Positions 11,801-20,800 of a stretch of DNA of 33,565 nucleotides are shown one piece after another. Source of the stretch: Catajapyx aquilonaris. Its lineage: Eukaryota. The stretch's first letter is position 1. Each line of letters opens with the position of its first letter. The notes below the pieces were generated by a model, which was given only the letters and a program-made list of their open reading frames with translations, did no database searches and was not told the origin of the DNA. A program made the translations under genes and the position numbers. The stretch covers positions 62,001-95,565 of the forward strand of contig KZ538232.1 in the NCBI GenBank assembly GCA_000934665.2. The letters run 5' to 3'.

Positions 11801-14800
11801 TAAGTTTACCGTATAAAACGACATTGATTAGGAGACGAATATAAAATTAGGTCATTGGTGATATCATCTTTCTCTTTGGAAATTGACATTTTAAATTCAA
11901 ATTCTAATGAATGTGCCTATACTGTATAGTCCAATGCCTGGTGGGGTCGAGGGGCTAAACTAATATTAGGTTAGAAGTGAAGCATAAGTGTGAACTCGGA
12001 CTTATTAATAAGACGTGAACCTTGCTCAAAGGGTCCGGGAAAGGTTGCATTTTATCGCAAAAAGGTAACTGAATTACAGGACCAAAGTGCCGTCCAGAAT
12101 GGCCACTGAATGATGTGAAAAGGGGTGGGGGGGGGGGGGCGCTGTGTAATTTGGGCGAGATGGTCTGCGTGACACTGTTGGAGGAATGTCATAAGACTAA
12201 AATGATTGCCTAAGAGGTATGATGCTAATATTTAACTAATAGAAGAATGTGTACACAATTGACACGTTCCCGACTCCCGCCTTCTGTCAGCGGATTTGAC
12301 CTACAACCCGATTGTGGTAAATTCAGATTCGTTGCAATTGAGGGCCCCAATGGAATCTTTTTATTCATTTATCAGCATCATTAAGAGCTTTTAATGACCC
12401 GTTCAAATTGCTATAAGAAGTAAAGTTACTTTCTGCACTTAGCAGTTCTGCTAAGTGCAGAAAATCCATTGTACATCAGGCAGTTCCTAGCCACCCTGTG
12501 GTGAATGGATTAAGACAATGTGGTGTGGGGAAGCTACTTTTAAAGAAGGATGGACAACATCTTTAGAATGTAGACGTCAGTGGGAAACACGACGCGAACG
12601 TAGATTTTTTTGTCACGTGCATATGGTAATTTCGATCAAATGGGAAAAATATCTGCCAAAGGCGCAAAAGAACTCAATGCCTCGTATATTATAGATGGGT
12701 CGGTGAACGAACGCAAGCGGGTGCCCAATTTTATTACAGGAATTACATTACAAACTGTATTCCGACCTGTCATAAAATTGGCCATCTGCTTGCGTTCGTT
12801 CACCGACCCATCTATAGTGTGGTTTGAGTCAGGTTTAATCAGAAGCTTGAATATGATAACTAGTATTGTGTGAATGCCCTGGTATTGAGTGAACGGGTAT
12901 ATCATTACAGTTGTTGGAGGAAATAAGAAGCCTAAGGCCATGAGGACAAGTATCATTATGACAAGTTTATCTTGGTTACTGAAACTTTCAAAGTACAGAG
13001 ACAGTGGCCATAGATTGCTACTCATAAGTCGGTAGAATGTAATTATGGGGAAATTTTAAAATGGAATATTATCAATATCCAGTTAAATCTAGGTTGGACT
13101 ATGACTTGTGTGGTATACTGTACAGTACTACTAGTGTTGTTGAAGTTGAATGAACTTAACTGATCCCTCCCATCTCTTTTCTCACCAACAATGTAGGTAG
13201 CAACAATGAAGCACAGGCATTCCTGTCCAAAGGTGCCAAGGTGATTGTCCGGATGAGGGGTCTACCCTATGACTGCACTGCCAAGCAAGTGGTAAGTGAC
13301 ACCAATGGGTATCACTGATTTATAAGTATCTTGATGTTGTCACTTGAGCTTTAACTCTGTAGCTCCTGTTGCAATGTTTCTGAATTTTTTTACTGCATCA
13401 CACTTGGGGAAGGGCAAGGTCCTGTGAACCCACCACTGGGTCCATTAACCCCATTAACCGATAATCAAATTGTTACTAGGCAATAAAATTCCAATGAAAA
13501 AATTAAATTTTTGATGATGCATCAGCTTGATCAGCTCTCTTCAGGAGTCCTGGAGCACACTATGAGAACCACTGAACTAAGAAACCAGGTTTTATTTGCT
13601 TTTGAATGACTTCATGTGTAAGTGAAGACTGAAGAGGTAACAGCAGGATTCACAAATTCAGTATCCAAAAGGCTTATGGACTTGGGGGGACTCTTTCGGA
13701 CACTTATTAATGTGCCATAAGTGATTTATTCTTGTTGAGTAATGTCGATACATATCAAACTTGGTGGAGACTCATATATGTTGCTTTTTAAAAATTTCAC
13801 AGGACATTTTCACTAGATACATCTTTCACTGGATGTTGATGATTGTGTAGTCATGATTATTCTTCGTATTGACAAGAGGTTCATTAGCAGCAATTACATT
13901 TTCCACCCATATATGTGATAATAATCCCAGCTACAAATGGTACTAACCCGTTCTGATTCAGATTTTTGAGAAGTACTATGTGATACTTACATTGGGCCAA
14001 TTAATGTGATCCTTGATTGATAATTTCTGTGATTTCAATTCAAGTATTGTAACTTGTTTATATTTTTATTGCAGCTTGAGTTCTTCGAGAATGGTGAGAC
14101 CTCAGTTGAGGTGATGGAGGGCGAGTCAGGGGTACTCTTTGTGAAGAGGCCTGACGGCCGTGCCACTGGTGATGCATTTGTCTTATTTGCTACTGAAGAG
14201 GAAGCAAAAGCAGCCTTAAGTAAGCACCGCAATGAGATTGGATCCCGGTACATTGAGCTGTTCCAGAGCACTACTGCAGAAGTGCAGCAGGTTCTCAATC
14301 GCTCCATGGAACCAAGGCCATCTGACATGATTCTTCTTGGTGGCCCTTCCAATGTTGGGGGGCCTGGAGGAGGAGGGCCTGGAGCTTCCCTGGCAGCCTC
14401 TGCAGCAGCAGCAGCAGCTGCTGTAGCTGCTGCTAACCACCACCATCACCACCATCAGGCAAGTTATATGAAAGTCTACTTGAGTAGTGTTACCGTTCCG
14501 AGCATGCGCAATGGGAGGAAGAACACCTCAGTCGCCTGGAGGCCAACGAGGACACATCTCTCCCGTGAAGACCCCTCTACCCTTCCACCTCCACCATCCA
14601 CGTCTTCACGGTGACCTCACAACAAGGGAGGGGAAGAGGAGGGGGGAATGGAAAGTCCTAAACAAACCGAACCAAACCGAACATTATTTTATTGCCCAAG
14701 GTCGGGATGTTGTTTATCAGTGGTGCCAACTCCATGGACGTTTATGAACAAAGTAACATAATTTCAGTATTTTAAACAAGGTCCTTACTGGCACCCCCGT

Positions 14801-17800
14801 GGGAAGAGTTGGTAAGCAGGATTAGCCGCGATATTCAACACTGAACCCAGGGATAGGCAGAGAACGTCAAAAGAAAGTGTCGGGAAGAATGAAACCAGTT
14901 TTTGATCATATAATTTTCTAATACAAACATTGATGTTTATAATAATAAGTTATGACCAGTTAGAAAAACGTGTTCGGAAAGTGTGCATATAATTTAGATA
15001 CATGTAAAGGGCGACACGGTGGCCGAGTGGTTAGCGCCGCAGCCTTCCACCTCTAAGGTCCCGAGTTTGATCCCCGGGTTGGACGGAGGATACTTATGTG
15101 GATAGAGTTTCGGTGGGTTCTGTCCGTGTTCGCGAGGGTTTTCTCGGGGTTCTCCCGTTTCCTCCCACTATCAAAATTCATCACATTACAGGCAAATGAT
15201 TAAAGTCGGGTATTCAAAAGATGATCCCCTAAGAGGCCCAAGGGGCCTATCACGGGGTATCCATTATTATTATTATTATTTAGATACATGTGTGCGAGTG
15301 CATGCGAGTAGAGGCAGTAGAGGTTGTGAATTTCTGTTCATACAATAATTGGTTGTTTTTTAAAAAATTCAAGCGGTATTGGTATGTTGAAGTGGGCAAA
15401 TGCATATTTCGCAGCCAATACAAAGGTGGGATTTCGGATGGGTCACAGGGTAGGGAATCACAGGTATGTGAATCCACGGAGGAACGGGTGGGGGTTATGC
15501 ATATGATTGGCAACATCACTGGCTATAAGTCCGAAGCAATTGAAAATATAGTGGGGACTGTAGGCCGCAGGTCTAGAAAAAAGCGAGCGAAGAGAGTGGT
15601 TTTCTACGCCTGCGTCATAGAAAAATGCGAGCTTAGTGAGGGTTTTTCTAGTTATGTTGAACTTGGTGTTTGTCAATGTACTCAGAAGTGATTGAAAGTG
15701 GAGGGATAATTATAAATTATCCATCTGGGGGCCTTTGAAGCCCGTTCGTAAGTATGGATCGGCGTAAGTCGGGTCGTTCATAAACTGGGGACTACCTGCA
15801 TCGAGTACATGTACTCGATGCAATGTGATAAATAATGGTGACTGGGAATTTGTTTTTTAGATGGCTTAATCCAGTCACATATGATTGCACATTTAGTACC
15901 TCCAATGAGCAAGGTCCAAAACACTGCATTTACCATGTTCTGTTAATAATAGGTTAATTTGCACTAAACAACATGCATGGAACATTGGAATTTATGTAGC
16001 CTACTGGTACTCCTAGACCATTATCATTATTCATAATAATCATCAATACTGCAACTAATTTGTTGTCCTTATTGGACTTTGAACTAGAATAAATCCCTGC
16101 TCATAAACATTATCCCTAGAAAGATTCTCACCACAATTCTGACTGGACCCACAATGCCCACATGGCTGGATGAAAATGGGTTTTCTTATTGACAATTTAT
16201 ACTCTTCATCACACTAAATTGTTGGTGTACTTAAACAGTATTATTAAGTGCCATATTTGCTGCAGGCGGTAGTGGCAGCCCAGGCTGCAGCTGCAGCTCA
16301 CCAGGCCGGCCTTCTTCCACAAGTTCCCCTCCCTCCTGGGGCAGTCCCTCATCATCATCAGGTCCCACTGCTGCCTCAGCAGATAATCACCAGTGGATCG
16401 AGGAAGGAGTGCATCCGACTTCGTGGGCTTCCATATGAGGCGCAAGTTGAGCACATACTTGAATTCCTTGAAGGACATGCTGCCAACATTGTCTTCCAGG
16501 GTGTCCACATGGTCTACAATGCACAGGTTAGTTTTTGCGTAGTTCAAATAATTTATGAGAGGGTCGCTGACATTTTAGCCATAATAATATAGTACAAACT
16601 TAGAAGTAACAAGTGTTTTGGCACAATTAATCCATTCAATTGATGGCTGAGTTGACACATCAGTTATGGTCTTCATTGTCTTGCAACTTCTACTGAGGTG
16701 ATGCTGCGTTCACTGGGATTATTTCTGCTCGTGTCTTGCTTTACTAGAAATCATTGTAGGAGGCTAATGTGGAACACCTAGTATACTAATGTATGTGTAG
16801 AGTGGGATCAACCGCTCCCAAGACATCCATTTTGTCCAGTGACAATGGTAGATGATGGGGTCTTTTACACAAACTGCCAGATCCACCATTATTTGGTTGC
16901 TGTGCACTTGCTATGCACAATTTTGTTGCACATCTAGAGACTCAACTAACACTTGGATTGCATGTCAGTGTGGATGAATTCTGTTAGTACTGTGAGTACT
17001 CTTGTGTGGTGCAATGTCAACTGGATGAATAATCCATCCATGTTACTAACTACAGTACTACCATCAGATGCAAGAAGACCGTAACTCAAAAACTAGTAAG
17101 GGTGAAAGTGGCATGCATGGCCTGCACTAATCCTCCCTCACTCAGAGGGGATTAGTACAGGGCATGCATGCGACTTTCACTCTTACAAGGTTTTGAGTTG
17201 CGGTCTTCTTGCATCTGATGGAAGAGTAGAACCCCGATTAACCGTCACCTATGGGATCGGGGCATGGTAAGATAACAGACAAGGTCGGATAATTTGAGGA
17301 GCAAAGGAAACTTGAATGAAACAAAAAACCACAACATAAAATCCAAGCTACAATCAGTACAATGTTACAGTTTTCTAAGAAATAGTGAAGTATTTATCTT
17401 TTACATACACACTGCTATTTAAAATTTAAAGGCAATACAAAACAAATGCTTAGTAGGCCTGCATACAGTATTTGACGAGAAAACAAATTGCTGGAGCGGG
17501 ATGGTCGGATAAACCGAGGAGTCAGATAATCCGAGGTCAGATAATTGAGGTTCTACTGTAATCCTCATTATTGCCACTCCTACAAACTGGTGATTGTATT
17601 TTACTACAGGGCCAGCCTTCAGGTGAGGCCTTCATCCAAATGGACAGTGAACAATCAGCCCAGCAGGCAGCTGCTCAAAAGCACCACCGCTACATGAACT
17701 TTGGAAAGAAGCAGCGGTACATAGAGGTTTTCCAGTGCTCTGGAGATGACATGAACCTCGTACTAACCGGTGGAGTGGTTAGTCCTCAAGGGAAAGGAGC

Positions 17801-20800
17801 AGCGGCTTCGGCCGCTGCAGCTACTGCAGCTGCCCTGCTATCCCCACCTGGTATGTTGTGGCCGCCCCCTGCGACTGCATCCCCATCCCCACCTTCACCT
17901 CAAGCCAATCCCATGGCTGCAGCAATGGCCTTATCTCGCCAAGATGCGGCTTTCTGGCTGTTAGGTGGAGCCAAGCCTGCGGCCACTACTGCTAACACAC
18001 TTCCACCAGAAGTGGCCTCACTAGTGGCTGCAGCTAAGATGGCCAAATCTAATCAAATGGTGGCTACTTTTCCACAAATGCAGCAACAGTCTCCACAGCC
18101 ATTTTTCTTTTTGCCACGATTGCCTTTGCAAACAACCAATCCATTTCTAGCTGCTCAGACTCAGCAACCGCAGGTGGCAGCGGCTACTGGTAAAAGGTCA
18201 TGGGATCAAGCTTTCCCTCATGCAAACCAGTCAGCAGCTGAGCAGGTTGCTGCTGCTGCTATTAAGAGGCAGTGGCAGCCTGCATATTCAGCTGCAGCTG
18301 CAGCTGCTGCTTACCACTCTCTATACCCAGCAATTTGAGAACTCAAGGCCTTTAGCTACTTCCATGCTAGGTCGTATACATCACAGCAAAAGTACAAAGA
18401 TGCAGTTTCTTGCAGTGGGTGAGATTAAGATTTTTAAGGAGCTGGTCTTGTTGCTTATTATATGTAGAATTGTTTCCCCCTCACACGTGATAATTTGCAA
18501 TCGTTTCAAAATCTTGCACGTAATCCAAGATAGGAGTGCTTTTTGCACTGCTCATTAGATGAGGCAGCATAAAATTAAGAGAAATTCACCTGTACAAGTG
18601 TCTTGTTTCCCCCCACCCCCCTCCCACATAGCATACATGCAACCTGTTGTTGAATGCTGTGCAAAAATCATGTAGTAAATCCATGGACAGACATTATTTT
18701 TGCATGAAGAAATTTTTAAATGATATTGGGCGGATGTTTTGCAAATCAAGATCAAATAAATTGGTGCACAAATCATGTCTCTTGTAGGATACGCCTGATG
18801 TGCCTTTTTTCACTTCTGCACAAAGCATATGGAAAGAAATATTTTGAATACATCTAAAGTCCAATGCAAAGTATTTTGCAAGAGAAGACACGTTGGACAT
18901 CAGGTCATGTAATTCTTGCATTAATCACAATAATATTAATCAGACATGATTATTTAGTTAGATTTTTGAAGTACCTATGCAATTAATTATCCATTCCACT
19001 TTTTCTGCCCCACTGAAGAGTAGTCTGGCAGTGAATTGAACAATCAAAAATGAAACAAACGAAAAAAATACTGGGAATGTATAGCTTGGTCCATCTTGCG
19101 CTCATTTCATTGGTGGACTGGGTATTCTTTTTTGCTCAGTTATTTTATTTTGGTTTTGGAGGAGATTCCAAAGTGCTCTTGAATTATTTGTGGGGCAATA
19201 ATGTCTTCCATAACAAGTTTGCCTTAAATATTCTATATAGTATATTGTAGTTATGTGCACTGTTTTCTCCACTGAAGAATTTTTGGAAGCTTTTTTTGTA
19301 ACTTGGCTCATTGTGTTTTGAGGAAGGTAAAGAGGAAGTGTGCAATGTCTTTTTTTGGGCATTTTTGGACTCTGGCTATTAAGGGGTGCTAACCCAAAAA
19401 AAAAGAATTGAAGTGGTGGGCAAATCAAGAAAAATGGACAAAATGTGGTTTATTTTTTTGTCACATCTTGTTCTTTATTTTTTGGGCTTCCTCTGGTTGG
19501 TGCTGGTAGTTTAGACAAGCCTTGTTCCCCCCCTCCATTATTTACGGTATCTGATTTGGTTGGGGGCAATGTTTTCCTGTTTATGTTTTTTTTTTCTCTA
19601 TTTTTTGGGAAGGGCCTGCCCAAAAGTGACCCAAAACTTTTTGAGGCGCAAATTAGTTATTGGGTTCCACTGCTTCTGTCCTGTTTGTATTTTTTTTTTC
19701 CACTGCAGCCTGCTTTTTAGGGGACATAATTTTGGTGATTTTTGAGGGAGATGTTGCACTTTAGAAGGCGAAGGCTGCACGATGGAACCAATTTTTTTAT
19801 TGGTATCCATAATATTATCCTGTTGTTTTCTAGGCTCCCTGACAGCTAAGCTTCGTGTGTGCGTTAAATTTTTTTCTGGGAAGTGGTTTTTTTTATACTT
19901 TTGGGTTGCTGCTACTGATGCCAGGTTTGGTCTTTGTCTGGGATTCCTACATATACATTTTTTTCTCTTGGGAACCCTCATTCCCACTTACATCCCTAAT
20001 ATTTGTCTAAATTTAGGTATCAGTGACAAAAACTCACACTTGCTCTGAAATAGAATTTCTGTTTACTGTACATAGAACTTTTCACACAAAACAAAACAAA
20101 AAAAATGCAATGGTGTGAAGAAGATAAAATATAATTATTATCTTGTTGCTTAATTGACCAATGTGAGTTTTTGTTATCCATAAGTGGATTTGGTGCCTGT
20201 TTACTTTTGCCAAAAATATTTGGGATAGGATGTGGACATGGGCCTTTCTTCATTCTGGGGTCAGTCATGTTATTAACACTGGACTAATTATTTTCTGTTT
20301 GGAGTTAGATTTGAGAGGGACACTTTTTCTTTTACCTTCAGACTTTTTAGGGGGTTGGGGGAGGATGGATAGATTAGATGTAAGTAATCTGAGGCAGAGA
20401 GATGATCACCATGTTGGGCTGAATTCCAGGTGGGTGCACTTATGATCTTTCTCCTAATATGGACTGGCAAAATTGATTGGAAAAAAAGTGAGTCAGATGC
20501 AGTGGAACCAAAAACAGCCAATTTTTAAAGTGCCTTCAGCAGTTATCAATATCCTTAGTTTCGTTGCATAGTACTTAATCATGGCAGCAGTATATCAGTC
20601 ATTGCCCCCACCTATCATAACACATTAAATTGTTGCATATTCCCTCCAATTATATTTTTCTCCACTTTGAATCTTTTGAGTGAATTTTTTGAGGTGCAAT
20701 AGTAAAGGGAAGGAGGTTGTGTTTGGAGTAAATTGAGGGGCTTATGTATGGCTTTTTTGTTTGTTTTTTATTATATTACTATATTGGCTGGATGACTCAC

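Noticed and set aside
15006..15085. tRNA genes at the SINE heads (also 27950-28030 and 28403-28480)
   Set aside because: A/B boxes are present, but there is no clean cloverleaf or oligo-T terminator, and each head continues into a body, simple-repeat tail and TSD, which makes them SINEs.
18336..18422. Stop-codon readthrough of the proximal fus isoform
   Set aside because: Context is UGA-G rather than UGA-C, the extension is short, and no supporting structure was seen.
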